Below, one piece after another: positions 1 to 14,629 of a stretch of DNA of 64,000 nt. Below the pieces are notes generated by a model. It saw only the letters and a list, made by a program, of their open reading frames with translations, did not search any database and had not been told where the DNA came from. Origin of the DNA: the human T2T-CHM13v2.0 reference genome, Homo sapiens; assembly GCF_009914755.1 (NCBI RefSeq), contig NC_060926.1. One strand, written 5' to 3'. The position numbers and the translations under genes are program-made. The first letter of the stretch is position 1. The number at the start of each line of letters is the position of its first letter.

Positions 1-36
<36 letters not shown>
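1..36. repeat. (GT)n microsatellite, cut by the window start
   Basis: 18 perfect GT units visible. Confidence 0.98.
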
Positions 37-38
<2 letters not shown>

Positions 39-1029
39 TCCCTATCTCAGAGTCAACACCTTAGTTACTTTTCTGACAAATAAAATATAGTCATAACATA
101 ATCTCTCTTATTGCTCCTACTGATAAATTATTTGCATCTGGCTTACTTGTAATTTGGTGGCAAAATCAATGTTTGGTGAAATGATTCTGAAAACTTCAGG
201 GGCACTATAGTTTTCATTTATTTACATGATATGCTATTTTTAAAGAACCAGTCATTGCCAGAATTCTACGTTAGTTCATCTTCTGAGAATATAATGGGAA
301 AAAAAAGAAAGAAAGAAGTTCATATCTAATGTACATGGAGTTTTCTTCTCCAGTCTGATAATTCACTCAAGTAACATGCCTCAGATTTCACTTCCAGGCC
401 CACCCTTGCTCGTCTCTGCTCAATACCAGAAACTAGAGTTGTGTGTCATCCAAGTTTTTCTAATTTTTTATTTTTTCAGCAGGTATCACTGTGTGCCCAC
501 CATGTGCATGAATAAAGTCCCTATTTCTGGGTGGCTACAGCCCAGTTGTGAAGATAACACATAGATGTGAAATATTGAATGAATAATACCACAAGTCAGT
601 ATACATTTAAATATGCCAAAGGCAGAAATTGTTGAGGAAATTCACTTCTGAAAACTCTTAACATAGTCTGTAAAGCTTAATATTCGCCAGTTGTTCAATT
701 TCCATTGTTATTTACAAAAATGAAGCTTTGAATTAAGGAAAAAAAAAGCACCATCTGCCTACCCATGCAATAATGCTTGGTTTTATTCCCAAGCATATCA
801 ACCACTGGCTTGGCATTTTAACTAACTGAAGTAATTTTCTCGTTAGAGTGTGTCTGTGTCTACAAAATGCATTTTTCCTGGTTACTCATTTTAGTATTTC
901 TGCTCTCTAGCTCTGCCTATGCTGGACTTGAAGCTTTCTGTCTGTAAGTACAGCCACCTTGTTAAATGATTCATACCTTCTAGGTACCTCAAGTGCAGAC
1001 TATACCTGATGCCCCTTCTTTTCCAGTTA

Positions 1030-1170
1030 CTTATTCAATCAATCCCATCAATCCTTTTATTAATTGATTGTTTAGTCAATATTTATATTGAGTGCCTATT
1101 TTCTGTGGGCACAAACGGCACATACCGGCCTTTAAAGATACAGAGAAATGTAGAGCATACCTGCCCTCAA
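1030..1170 (-). mobile_element. L2 LINE 3' end relic
   Basis: 'ttattcaatcaat...atttatattgagtgcctat...aagatacag' resembles the reverse complement of the L2 3' end; boundaries approximate. Confidence 0.45.
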
Positions 1171-1212
1171 CTACATTTCAAAGAAAAAGTGCATATAAAA
1201 ATATTCTGTCTG

Positions 1213-1509
1213 GGCTGGATGTGGTGGCTGATGCCTGTAATCCCAGCACTGTGGGAGGCTGAGGTAGGTGAATCACTTGAGCTCAGGAATTAGAGACTAG
1301 CCTGGCCAACATGGCAAAACCCTGTCTCTACTAAAAATACAAAAATTAGCCGGGTGTGGTGGCACACACCTATAACCTCAGCCACTCTGATGGCTGAGAC
1401 ATGGAGAATCTCTTGAACCGGGGAAGGGGAGGTTACTATGAGCAGAGATTATGCCACTGCACTCCAGTCTGGGTGACAGAGCGAGACTCTGTCTCAAAAA
1501 AAGAAAAAA
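1213..1509 (+). mobile_element. Full-length Alu (AluS-type)
   Basis: GGCTGGATGTGGTGGCTGATGCCTGTAATCCCAGC start, A-rich linker, right arm, A tail; 'tctgtct' on both flanks. Confidence 0.95.
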
Positions 1510-1557
1510 CAATCTGTCTTAAGTAGAATTTTCTAAGTGTCAGAGAGAATGTTACAC

Positions 1558-1700
1558 ATTTATTCATTCAGTCCATCAATTTATTTAGCAAACATTTATA
1601 TTTATTGAGCATTGTGATATGTCAAGCATTCTGACTCACTGGAGATACAAAGATGAATAAATCATATATGGTGCCTGCCTGCCTTATATGAATTTAGAGT
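1558..1700 (-). mobile_element. L2 LINE 3' end relic
   Basis: 'attcattca...aaacatttat...tttattgagca...ggagatacaaagatgaataa' is typical of the L2 3' end in antisense. Confidence 0.55.
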
Positions 1701-1726
1701 AAGTTGATACCATGGTAGGCTAGAAC

Positions 1727-1881
1727 TTTGTTCCTCCACGTTTGTCTGAGAACCAGGAGCATTGGCATCACCTAAGAGCTTCAGAAATAAATAATTTTAG
1801 GCTCCATCCAGATATACTGAATCAAAGTCTGCATTTTATTGAAGTGCCCAAGTGATCCAAAGTGAAGTTTGAAAATCACTG
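1727..1881 (+). mobile_element. MER5A-family hAT-Charlie DNA transposon
   Basis: 'gcatcacct...tactgaatca...ctgcatttta...gtgat...aagtttgaaaatcactg' follows the MER5A core and terminal inverted repeat. Confidence 0.7.
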
Positions 1882-2669
1882 GGCTAGAAGGATTATGGAA
1901 TGCTTTTGTGGAGGAGCTGAAATAAGTAGATATCATCAAGTTTTATTAAAAGAGGAAGGAAGACTTGTTAAAAAGGATTGGATAAAATCTGAAATCTAAT
2001 TTAGGATATGGGGTTTTCAGAGCTGGTTGGGAATGATTATTCAAACAATGATGGGAAATGACCCAATAGTTGGTTGATGATCCACAGGGAGAGGAGTGGT
2101 GATAATGTATGATAATATGGCACTCAAAGCTTAGAGAAAGATGAGTGGTCTAGATTCTAGACTCTAGAAGTAGCAATGGGATACTGATGGTGATGCAGTG
2201 GCTAAAGGCAAGATTTTCTCATCCCAAGCATGTAGAGGTAAACACTCATATTCTCACAGGTGATATTTAAATTAACTTTTAGGATTTATATTTTTTGAAT
2301 CCTAAAATTACAGTGAAAGTCAATAAGTAGATACAAATCCAGCTAGTAAAATGTTTTTATATATGCCAGTTTTTTTCAAAATACATTTAATTTATTGGAC
2401 CTTAAATATGAGAAAAAAAGGAGGTAATCTTAATGGAGAAAGGCTGTTTACATTTTTATCTACAGAGTTATGTCTTCATAATCAAGAGAAGTCCCAGACA
2501 AGATTGTGAGAAAATGAAGTTTATCTGTGGTGGCTTTATGTACTTCAATCATCTTTCTGTTATCTTCCTCTCAGTTTTTGTAATCCAACACAAGGAAATG
2601 AAGACACCATGTGGTCGGAAGTCAATAAGAGTAATATTGAGGGAATGGTGACCTCCTCAAATGCATTGG

Positions 2670-2960
2670 TTTTTGTTTTTGCTTGAGACAGAATTTTGCT
2701 CTGTCATCCAGGCTGGAGTGCATTGGCGTGATCAAAGCGCACTGCAGCTTCCCATGCTTAAGCTATCCTCCCATATTAACCTCTCAACTAGCTGGGGCTA
2801 CTGATGCGCACCACCATGCCTGGCTAATTTTTTAAGATTTTTGTAGAGATGAATTCTCACTATGGTTGCCAGGCTGGTCTCAAATTCCTGAGCTTAGGTG
2901 ATACTCCCACCTTGGCCTCCCAAAATGCTGGGATTACAGGTGTAAGCCACCACACCTGGC
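2670..2960 (-). mobile_element. AluJ element
   Basis: Diverged antisense Alu ending gccaccacacctggc; 'aaatgcat' on both flanks. Confidence 0.92.
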
Positions 2961-4160
2961 AAATGCATCATTTTGAATCACAGGATCTCAACTGGCTTCT
3001 GTCCTCCTGTGAAGTCAAGTCCTCCACACAGGGATACTTCCCCTCACAGGTTTGAAAGAATTTAAGGCGCCAGTGCTGTGTAACCTTATGACAATCATAG
3101 ACAAGGTACCTTTGCTCATTGGGCCCTTAAGACTGCCTCCGCAGATGATTTCATTTCTGAGATGCTTTAAAAGTGACATCCATATCTCCTGTTTTTTTTT
3201 GACATCTGTTAGTGTGGCTTTAACATATTCAGTGTGCTTTAAACACATGACTTATCTGCACACAAACCTGAGCTGACAGGGAGAAGCCTGCAGCTCTCCA
3301 ATAAATGACAGACTTAATCAGTGAGACATAGAGCCTAGAGCAGTGTCTTGGATAAAGTCTACCTTACAAAACTCAGAGACGATCAGAATACTTTCATTGC
3401 TAATGTTTCAGATGTTCTGCACAATGATAAATTATTTTTTTTCTGAATAGAGTGCTTTGAAATAACTTGAATGGTAAATCTAGAATTATATATTCTTAGC
3501 CAATAATACTTCCTAAGTATAGAAAGCTGGAGAAGTAAATGGGGCTACACAGAGGTTTGGAAAAAAGAGTTTGCTAGCTAGAAGTAGCGTCCCTCAGTGA
3601 AGTTTTATAGCAGACTTAGAAGGTTAATTATCTAATAAGTTGGAGTGCTATTTTCAAAGCTAAATTATTTTATTGTAATTCAGATAGATTATGTTTTGGG
3701 ATAAACTTTTTTTACATAGCCACAGAAAAGTCCTATCATGAAATAAATTAGCTATATTGAACATTAGTAAAGGTACGGTGTTTAAGGGATAATATTTTTC
3801 ATTACTTTGAGTTCTACAAGTAAAGGTGTTTGTTACACTACAAATATGAGTTAAATGGCAAATGAATATTTCACTGATGGCAAATCTTCAATATTTAATG
3901 GTAGATTTGATATTTTACTTATAAAGGTCATCTGGAGCCATGTACCGTATAGTAAATTACTCAAATGATTGATTTTTTAAAATATTGTTTTAGGTCAAAA
4001 AATAAAAGAAGATGGAAGGAAGGATGTACAGAAGGAAGAAAAAAAAAAGAAAGAACCTGTGACTATGAAGTAAGAACAATTTTCCTCATTTGTATTGAAA
4101 ATTCTCTTTCATTCCAAATAGCAACAGCACTGGCTTCATGATTCCTTCTAAAGAAACTGT

Positions 4161-4471
<311 letters not shown>

Positions 4472-5737
4472 TCATGGCCACAAACCTTTGAATATATGTG
4501 TTCCAGTTCCAGTGTGTTGTCCCAAATAGGTTTCACTGTTCTGCAGTTGGTTTCATGCTTACATGCTACTTAATTTTAACAATCACTTATCGATCATTAT
4601 TTCTACAATGAAAGCCACACTATATATGTGAGTACACTATCTATATTATTACCAATAATATAATTTTTAGCTTGATTTTTTTCATGTAGGAAAATGAGAA
4701 TTTATAAAATAACAAATCATATAATTAGAAACTATAGAGTAGAATATTCTCCTTTATTCCTCAAAAGATAGCTGCATTTTAATAGAAATTTCATTAGGAT
4801 TAACAAATATCACTTCTGAAAATATTAAGTGTAGAGTCAAAAATTATTTTTCTAACCTTAAAATTAGTTTCATATTTTTTTCCTAAATATGTTGAGATCT
4901 CAAGTACTGTCAGCTCTATATTTTGTTTCTCTTTTAGCTCATATTTTGTTTTCATTCAAACTTCTTTGCCACCACATGAGAGTACCACCAGTGAGGACTC
5001 AAAATAGCTTTCTCAGTTAAGGAAAAAAAAAAAAAAAGTGAGAGCTGATGGAATAGCTGTTTAGTGACTGGCTACTTGAGTCCAGCCCACGGAAGAGAAA
5101 AGTGTGGTAGCAAAAGTGGCATCACAGAAATGATTATCAGTGGAAAAAAATGTCACACATCATGTGGCCTCTGTCTGTTAATTTAACATGATGCATTTGA
5201 GTGTAAAAATAATGGGCTGTGTCAGCCTTACTAATTACCTATGCTTGTTCTAGAAGTCAGGATCATGAAATGCCTCCAAACCACATGATTTAACAGGCTA
5301 TTTTAGACCTTTACTTACAAATCTCTAAGCAAGCAATTGGTAATCCCATTGGAAGGCTCTTCTGTAGTTAGGGATGCTGTACTGAGCTGGACTTGAATAA
5401 CACCAAAAGTAGCTGCAAGATGGTGGAATAACTGATTTTCCGTAGTGGGTTCTTTAGCCTGGTAGGACAAGTTTCCTAGTTAATGAAACTGTTTTGATGC
5501 TGAAGCACTTCCCTATCTCATACTGCCTCTGTTTGTCCATTATAGTTTAAATATACTGCATTGTTCTTGCAAGTTCATAGTCGAAATGTATATATTTTGT
5601 AATGTATATATATATACATTAAAATGAATATATATTTAAACTATAGGTTAATAGTGGAAGCAAATTAGCCTATTATAACTACTTACATGTGCTTCTTTGG
5701 TGTCATCTTTAACATGACCTTTAGAAAGCAAGAACAC

Positions 5738-6041
<304 letters not shown>

Positions 6042-6168
6042 CTATTAACACCTGAGAATTTACTGGCGGACCATTTTAAGAGGGAGAGGTTTGTGAATGG
6101 GATACTATGTAGAAAGACCTTGCCATTGAGGGCCATTTTTTTTCTAATTCTTCTAGCAAGCTGGTCAA

Positions 6169-6201
<33 letters not shown>
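6169..6201. repeat. (TG)n microsatellite
   Basis: TG run with one C interruption. Confidence 0.95.
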
Positions 6202-6334
6202 ATACAGTCATATTTACATTTCGACTACGAACTTGCAAGAACATGTCTTTGTTCATAACTTCCCTGGATCTTGGCAGTATGTTGGGTACCCAGTGACTCT
6301 GTAATGCATGTTTATGAGGGGTAGATGTTCTAGT

Positions 6335-6470
6335 GAAAGCACATGAAGATTGGGATGAGAAGCCTGGGTTTCAATTCTCTTTGATGCTTACCACCTGTGT
6401 GACCTGGGTAAGTCACTTAACCTCTTCAAATCTCAGTTTATCACCTCTAAAAGAACTATAATATCTTTTC
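6335..6470 (+). mobile_element. MIR SINE
   Basis: MIR core 'cctgggtttcaattc...tgtgtgacctgggtaagtcacttaacctct...tcagttt'. Confidence 0.75.
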
Positions 6471-6984
6471 TATTTCTAACATTCTAATTTGTTTGAAGAT
6501 CAAATTTGATTATGAAAATAGTAATAATAAAATGATCTTAAGCCCTCTATTATTATTAATAACAGTAAGTAAACTTTAAAATATGATCTAGCCTTATAAA
6601 TTTTTAATATTTTATGGTCCTTCTTACAAAGTTTAGAGGAGCATTTTCTTGCTAATATTTTCTATGCCTCTACATTTGTATGTAGTATCCAAGGAATATA
6701 ATCTTTTTAGATCATTCTGGAAAGAAAAATCGTTATTAAGGAAAGAAAGTGGGAGCTTGGTTAAATATCCAGGTTCACCTGCCATCTAAGAGTTATGAAA
6801 CAATATAATCAGATGAAGACCATTATTTATATAGGTTCTCCCCATTGTAACTAGATTGATAACCAGATTTAGATATGCCATTTCAATGCATGTCTCACCA
6901 ACATGAAATAATTAGTAAATTAATATACATCAATAATGCTTCTTTACTTTTTAACAGTAAAAGCTAATTGTTCAGCTAATGTCT

Positions 6985-7095
6985 GCATTAGGTAAGCCAC
7001 TTAACCCACTCAAACTTCAGCTTTATTCTTATAAGGTGAGAAAGTGGCATTGAATGATCTCTAAGGCCTTTTTTGGCTCTGAAAAGATTTGGATT
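6985..7095 (+). mobile_element. MIR3/MIRc relic
   Basis: 'ggtaagccacttaacc...tcagcttt...atgatctctaaggcc...ctctgaaa'. Confidence 0.55.
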
Positions 7096-7179
7096 TCTGA
7101 TCTTGTGTGTCTTTGAGTATGTCATAAGTAAACTATGCTTTCACATCAGGAAAATAATCATTTTAAACTATCTAGAAGT

Positions 7180-7378
7180 TATTCTTACATTAACTTATTC
7201 ACTTCCATTATAGCTCTTATCACAGCCTCTAATTATCATGTTTATTTATTTATTTTCCTGTTTAGGGTTTGGCCTTCTGTGAGACCTGAGACTGTCTTGA
7301 TCACAGGTGGCCAATGCCCAGAACAGGGAGCACGTGGCATATAAAGGAGGAATTTATATTAATTAAGGAATGAATGAA
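7180..7378 (+). mobile_element. L2 3' end relic
   Basis: 'gactgtcttgatcac...gcacgtggcatat...aatgaatgaa' terminal pattern. Confidence 0.55.
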
Positions 7379-10300
7379 TTCAACTTTATCTCCAGGGTGC
7401 CGTGTCTTTATTCTTTATAATAACATCACTGGGAGTTCAGTAGGAATGTAGTAATGGTTGAATCTACTATTTATGTAAAATAATTAATAGAGGAAATGAT
7501 TAAATGTTTTGCTTTCTATGTATGAGAACCATCTATAGTTTACTAGTTTATGGCTTTATTACTTTAGCTAATCAAGAGTGGGATTTTCATAAGAAAGTTG
7601 TTTATGTATTTGGTTTCTTTAACACTAAATTTGATTAGCTATTTTGTATCTAAAATTTATGATTGGCTGTCATACTTGAGTACATTGTAATATCTAGATA
7701 CAGTCTTACATTAGGTAAATAAATTTGCCTGTTATTGGCATGTATTTTCTTATGACAGAAGAATGTTTGTCACCATTAAATGAGAATTGTAAATTTTAGA
7801 ATTCATTGTGAATAGCAATATATCTTGAAATTTCCTATTGAGATATTAGAATATACATACTTTTCCACACCTCACTCATGTAGTTTCCCATAAGATAAAA
7901 ATGTTTGAAAATCTTGTCATTTATCCTTCACAAACTGACTGAATTACTTTGTCAACACAGATTCAAGTTAAGGTCAATCTGGTTGCTATTTTCTCAGCTT
8001 TAAACTGGTTGGAATAGTAGATCTTTATTTGTAAGACATTAAACAGTGAGCATCACCAATGAAACTTTTGTCCCAGTGGAGTAAACATTTTCAAATTAGA
8101 AAAATAAAATCAAATTGCTTGGGAATACAGAGTCACAAAAATCAGTGACAATTGAGCCTGTTATTCCCTGTTATGGGACTCTCTAATAATAAGTCTCTTG
8201 AAAAATTAAAAAGGGCATTATCTTTCATTGTCATTATTTATATACAGTAGGAACTAGTTTTTCTAACAATGCCAGTTTCATCGATGAACTAACAATTTTT
8301 CTTCATTCAAAAGCTGTCAAGTTATGGTGGAGTGTAAATATGACAGTTTGTTAGAGGCAAACATTTGTAGCTTTCTTTTCTTTTTTTTTTTTAATGACTT
8401 GTTCCCCAGTAGATCTGGGAACCATTCCTGACAATAAAGCTAACCCTATGTGTGTTTCATAATCACACTTGAGATTACAAATTAGCCAAGAGGTAAAAAC
8501 AAAGCCAGTGAGACATTAAGGAACACAGGCTTTGGTGACATGGCAGAGAAAACAGGACAGAAAATAATTTACTTGCCTGTAAGACATTTGTAGTGCCTTG
8601 GCCACTGTGGACAAAATCACTCTTCAGTATATCCTTGCTGTGTAGCAAGAGTTGAACAAGAGACTCTCATCATAAACTTGTTTTACTATCACACCTGCAT
8701 GTATACATATTTATGTGATACTTTTATTTTGACTATTTTTGAACTGCAAAACATTGCATATTAATCGAGTAAAACTGGTTTTGAATTGTCTTTTTAAAAG
8801 GTGCAAATTATGGTTTCAAAGTGACCTGATAGAGGTGCAAATGAATGTTAGCACAACATTTCTAAAATGGAATTATTTTAAATATATGCATATAGATATG
8901 AATTCAGAATTGGTCTACTTCATTTTTTTTGGTTGAGGGTTTACTGCCTTAAAATGGGAAATAAATGTGTGAATTCTATCAAGGGTGTGAAATTCTCCAT
9001 TTGTACAGACTGGAAACTTGGTAATAATTATGAATATAGCAATAGCAGAAATTATACAAAAGTTTAGCAACATTTTAATTTTAAATGCAAGTATTTCAAG
9101 AGTTTAGAATCTACTTGGAGAGGTTTTCTTGCAGTCTTTGATATTAAAAAGAGATTTCTGAACAGCCTACAAATCTAATTTTCTTACAATTTTAAAACAG
9201 AAAATTGCATTGACTCACCTTTTCTATTTCTAAAGCTGCTTATTCAAAGTGTGTCTGAATCTGATAAACCCATGAGCCCCAACTTCACCCAACCCAAGCA
9301 AAACTTAGCCTTTTCTCTCTTCTCACATCAGTGGACAATGGGCCTCAGCTGCAGGGAGCATTAGAGAAGCTTGCCCAGTCTCAAGGCCAGCTGGAAGGCC
9401 AGCTTCCCTGCTTGTCAGCCAAAGAGACACTTGGCACTGAGTTACCTTAGGGCAGAGGTTTAACATGGTTTGAATGAAGCTTGGATTTTGAAGTATCCAT
9501 CTCTTTAGGTTGATGTCACTGGGAGTCCAAGACCCCTCTTTCATTAACTGGCTTCTCACATAGATGGCAATGATGACAGAAAACAGCCAACCACTAAAAC
9601 AGTTGGTCCTTTTTTTATTATTTGTAATTTTGTCTATTTGCATGAGAGCCTGGCAGCATATGGCCTGATGAATTAAAAAAAACAAAACCCTGTAAACTCT
9701 CATCTGCTGGCCAGAGCCTCCAGCTCATGGCATTAGCAGGGGATAGTGCTGCTCCACCTGCCACTTGTCTGGAGGGTGGGGGAATAAACTGATGACCTAC
9801 TAGGCTTCCACAGCCAAATAGCACTCAGCTAATACCATGATTTAATTCCTAACAGTACTGTCAGAAATGACTAGAAGTGGTAACACCCACTGTTTCAATA
9901 GCAAATCTGATTGGCAAGCTACCTGATCTCTGCCCTACCTAATATTCTACACTAATTATACCCTATCAGACCAGCAGGAATTGTGAGGGAGCAGAAGTGC
10001 TTCTAATCCAATGCACACAGATCAATTTTGAGTAGAAATACATAGAGATGTACACTCACATGATCATCTCAGGATAAAAGGGAGTAGCAAGTATACTTAG
10101 GAAGAAACAAACACCTTCACAGTGCATCTATTTACTTAATTATACACTTGATCTTTTCAAAGTCAAATATTGATATGCTTTTTGGATTTTTATATTTCTG
10201 AATTAGCCATTTTCTTTAAACACAAACTTGGGGAAAGGGAATTTATCGTATTATTTGTCTTGAGAACTAAACCTTTCTTTGGCTAAAATAAGGAAATTAC

Positions 10301-10825
10301 AATTATTTGTTAATATCTTATAATTGAAAACAATCGCTAACCTTTTTTTCTCTCTGTTATTTTGTGTGTATTTAACTTATGATTATACAGCATCAACAAA
10401 CCATACAAGTATATAAACAGAAACAATGTATAGGCTTTCATTAATTAAATGGATTGGTGTAAAAGTAAAAAATAAGTCATTCAAAATTCAAACTGAGTCT
10501 GCTAACCCATTTTGATCTAGTCGAGAAATTTTTTCCCTACATTTTAATATTGCTGATTACATTTACACTACAGGCATGAATCAGCATTGCCAGTGATGAC
10601 TGCACATCTTTAGTATAAATGCAAGAAAGGAGGAAATAATTTGGGAGTAAAAGCTTCTATGACCTTTTCACGTGAGGATTTTCTTGATAAGCCACAGCAG
10701 ACAAATCTAGCATTGTGAGATTGGGCAGATAAGACAGCAAATCCTTGCTAATCCTAGGTATTGCTGTCTCACTAAGTCCTAAAACAACAAACAACAAACA
10801 ACAAAACCTCTATGAGGTAGGTAAG

Positions 10826-11100
10826 AGGGAATTTAAAAATATTTAACAACCAGTAGAAAGGGGACTGACCAATCAGGATGGCAGCACTGGAGTAGAATCC
10901 CAGAAGCCCCTTTACTTGTTGAAGCATTGATGCTTTGGTTCCTGAATTTGGGGAGGTCAAAGGATTCTGGTATAGAATGGGACATGAGGACTGGTGGGCT
11001 TTCATAGCAGCTATTTACCAATGTATGGAAGTGTTTCACTGTTGGTTAAACAACATGGCAGTCAGTACCTCTGAGTGCTGGCTGAACATCTGTCCCAGGG
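10826..11100. mobile_element. Possible ancient hAT-type DNA transposon fragment (family uncertain)
   Basis: 'aaatatttaacaaccagt...actgaccaatcag' recalls old hAT-Tip100 elements; not verifiable here. Confidence 0.3.
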
Positions 11101-11107
11101 GCAGGCC

Positions 11108-11226
11108 TTATTTTACAGATGAAGACATTGTGGCTTAGAGAGGTAGATTAACTTGTTCAAAAATCATCCAGTTAACAGGAAACAGAGCCAGGATTTGAAT
11201 CCATATCTATCTTGCTCCAAAGACTG
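11108..11226 (-). mobile_element. MIR SINE
   Basis: 'attttacagatgaagac...ggcttagagagg...aacttg...agagccaggatttgaatcc'. Confidence 0.8.
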
Positions 11227-11663
11227 AGTCCAATCTTTTTTACTGAGATTCCCTCTGAGTAATGTGGATAAAGACATCAGATACACCCTAGCAAGTCACA
11301 AAGATTGAGCGAGAGCAGAGAAAATCTATTTCAAACTCAACTGGTTCTTTGATATTAGAGTGGTACATGTTCCTACATGTAATTGGTAGTTAATAAGTTT
11401 GTTAGAATAAAATCTTTTTTGCTGCACTTCTACATAGAGAGATGTGTGTAAAACATATGCAAGTCATCTTTTTAGGTAAGATGCAATTGTAAATAAGAGC
11501 AAGATACTATTTTTAAAAAGAAAAACACCCTCTGCAGTACTCTGTAGTATTATTTGTTTACAGCTGAGGTAATTTAAATTGAACCAAACTAAGTGATCAA
11601 GTTTTGCTTCAACTCAAAATGAATATAAATTACTAAATCTCAAATTGTAAAGAAGATTTAAAG

Positions 11664-11846
11664 CAAGGGTGTGCAATCTTTTGGCTTCCCTGGGCCACAC
11701 TGGAAGAAGAATTGTCTTGGGCCACACATGAAATGCACTAACACTAACAATAGCCCATGAGCTTAAAAAAAAAATCGCGAAAAAAGATATCCTAATGTTT
11801 TAAGAAAGTTTACGAATTTGTGTTGGGTGTGCATAGGACAAGCTTG
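11664..11846 (+). mobile_element. MER30 hAT-Charlie element with internal deletion
   Basis: 'caatcttttggcttccctgggccacac...aagtttacgaatttgtgttggg...ggacaagcttg'; 8-bp TSD atttaaag/gtttaaag. Confidence 0.85.
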
Positions 11847-14629
11847 GTTTAAAGTTTTAAGGTTTAAAATGTTCATATATAGACGTGAAATTTGTGTTGA
11901 GCAGTAACATGTAGTAACTGCTCTGTGATGGTCGATTTCTTCCTGATGAAGTAAAAGAGATTTTGCAAAGTAATTGCAAATTAATGCTAATCAAGCTTTC
12001 TTCCTTCATATGATCAAGATGAGACTATAAATACACGCGAATATATAACCATTCTATTTAGAAAAATAAGATTTCACTAGATAAAATGTAAGTAGTGTAT
12101 AAACAGATATGTCCCTAGATTATGAACAGATTTTGTTCCAAATATTTACTTGAATTCAGCATTCTGGAATTTTATATGCAAATTTCTATACATAAAAATG
12201 AAATGAGTAGATATATTCCTCAGTTTTACTAGTAAAATTTATTTTACCTATACTGTACTTCAACAATAGAACGAATTCTATTTTAGGTCCTATTCTCCAT
12301 GTAGTATATTGTTAATAAGGGAAAACATTCTGAATTTTAAATGAATTTTCTGGAACACATTTGGTTTCAGACCTCTGGTCTTGACATAAAATGAATAAAC
12401 TGAATACCCACAGATTAGAGCACATCCTCCTATATTTTCTCAGAAATAAGACAAAGGTTCATCAAGTAAGGGGCTGAAGGATGAAGTTATTTACTTAGAT
12501 TTACTATGGGTTTCTAGGACAACTATTTGAAAAACTGTAAATCTAAGTGATTCAAATTCTGAGTATCAATGTAGATCATAGCACTTAGAACTTAGGAGCT
12601 GGATGGAACTTTAGATATGATTAAATTGAGCATATCATTCTAAACTGAACAAGCTGAATAACAACTCTTTCTCCTCCCTCTTCATTTAATTCATAAGCAC
12701 AGGTTAGGGCCAAAGAATATCCACGCCTTTGCCTGGCCTGTTTTACTTGTTGGTAAGGTACAAGGTAGCCATATAGCAAGACAGTTATAGTTGAAGGCCC
12801 TGTGACAAGCAATGCTTATCTTTCATTACAACTTTCTTTCATTAAAGCATCCATTGTTACCAGAGTCTACTCATTGTGCAAATATTTCTTGAATTTCTCT
12901 CCTTTGTGCATGATCCCAGTTGATGGGTAAATATAGAAACCAATAAAATGTGGTTTTTATCCTCAAGAAGATTATGTTTTTGGTGAGAAGATACAAGTCT
13001 TCTTCAATTCAAGAGTTTAATCAAGAAGGTAAATACATGCTTGCAAAATAAATGAATCAGATGAGCTAACACAAGCTCAGAGGAGGGAAAGAATGCTATA
13101 TGGTAGAATTGAGATTGACTGATGGCCCGTGGAAAGGCAGGATCACTGAGGCTGGGATCTAAACTATTTGATTAAGTGTGGATGAAAATGAAACAAAAGT
13201 ACAGAACATGGGAAAAAAAGAACTCAATACCAATTGGTGATTTATTGGAAAGAGTCAATGAGAGGGAGAAGTACAGGTTTCATGTGTGAAACCTGTAGTA
13301 AGCCGCACTAATTTTCTAACCAGTTGAGTAGAGGCAGAAATAGCCTGATATAGTCAAAATGGCCTTGGACTTGGGGACGGAGGAGTTGTCAGGATACAGA
13401 GGTTCATCTCTTTAACATACCAGAAATACAATTTTGAATAAAATGATCAACTTCTCTTATCTAATGCTTCTTGAAATGTGAAACAAAAGGTTTGAATTTA
13501 GTATCTAAAGTCCCACCCAGCACATGATTTCTAAGTGCTTGGATTCAATTTTGATGAAAATAGAGTAGTGAAGCAGCTGCAGAACAAAAAGGAGAAACCT
13601 TTTCAGAGGACCAGAAGGAAGCTGGAGTGGTTGGTGATATACTGGGAAGTGATGCACTAGGTAGAGAAATCAGTGAGTCTTGAGGGGCATTTTGCATTTG
13701 GAAATGGTATTTGGGTCTGACCCAAGACTTTGTATTGGTACCTTAGATCCCCTTCTGCTAAGCATACCTGTTCTTTAGTTACCCTTTTCTCTCTTTCCCT
13801 GTCATAGCTCCTCTACCCCAACTGGATGCACCCAAATGGTAGAAGGTAGAATAAGGGGGAGATGCTCTGCTTCTCTTATTGTGGTTGTCCATGGATCTCT
13901 TGCTTTTCCCCTTTTATTTGAGCATTTTGAATTGCCACCAATATTGGCAACTGCAACTGTGCCTCTTTGGTTTGTATGTCCAAGGCCAATGATATAATAG
14001 CTATATCCTTCGAACCTGCCCAGACATACCTAGAGAAAACATTTTCAGGTATCTCTAGGTAGGTGTGAGCTAGGAGGAAGGTTAGTTAGGAGCAGAGACC
14101 AAAAAGAGATATAATGAATGCAACTCTATGAATCACAAGGGAAAAAGTCTCTAATTGCAGAAGGAGCAGTAACAGTTTTAAGCTGGAGAGCCTGGGTTGG
14201 TGCCCAAAGCATTTCTTTGTTTGCCAAAAGCTGCCTCAATGTGGTATTTCCATCAACACCTATTTGTTGAGAGCCTACTCTGTGCCAGACACTATTATAC
14301 AGGCTGTAATTTTCTATTGGCTCTAAGCCATTCTGATACATAAAAATATAGTTTCCTCAAAAGAGATTAGTATTTTATAATCTAGTTCAGCTTCATGTGT
14401 TAGCACTTAGTCTGAATATTTGCCATTGTGAAAATATGCAATATCTATGTATTTTTCAGACATGAGCCAAAGTATTGAAGTGCTTCATACTTAATTGTTC
14501 TTCAAAGTGTTCAATCTTTAACCAAAATATTTCTCAAGAAGTATTTCATGGATATACTTGTTATTTATTTTTGTTCTCTGAAAGAAATGCCTCCTGATGT
14601 TAAAAATCATTTTGCTAATATCTCAGTCT

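Noticed and set aside
3050-3105. Possible plus-strand exon (ccctcacag|...AAG|gtacct)
   Set aside because: Weak donor; indistinguishable from background pseudo-exons.
5600-5621. 22-bp perfect palindrome taatgtatatatatatacatta
   Set aside because: The core is a self-complementary (TA)n run, which is common in AT-rich DNA.
9323-9703. 126-aa minus-strand ORF
   Set aside because: No recognisable domain or coding-like composition; the length is compatible with chance.
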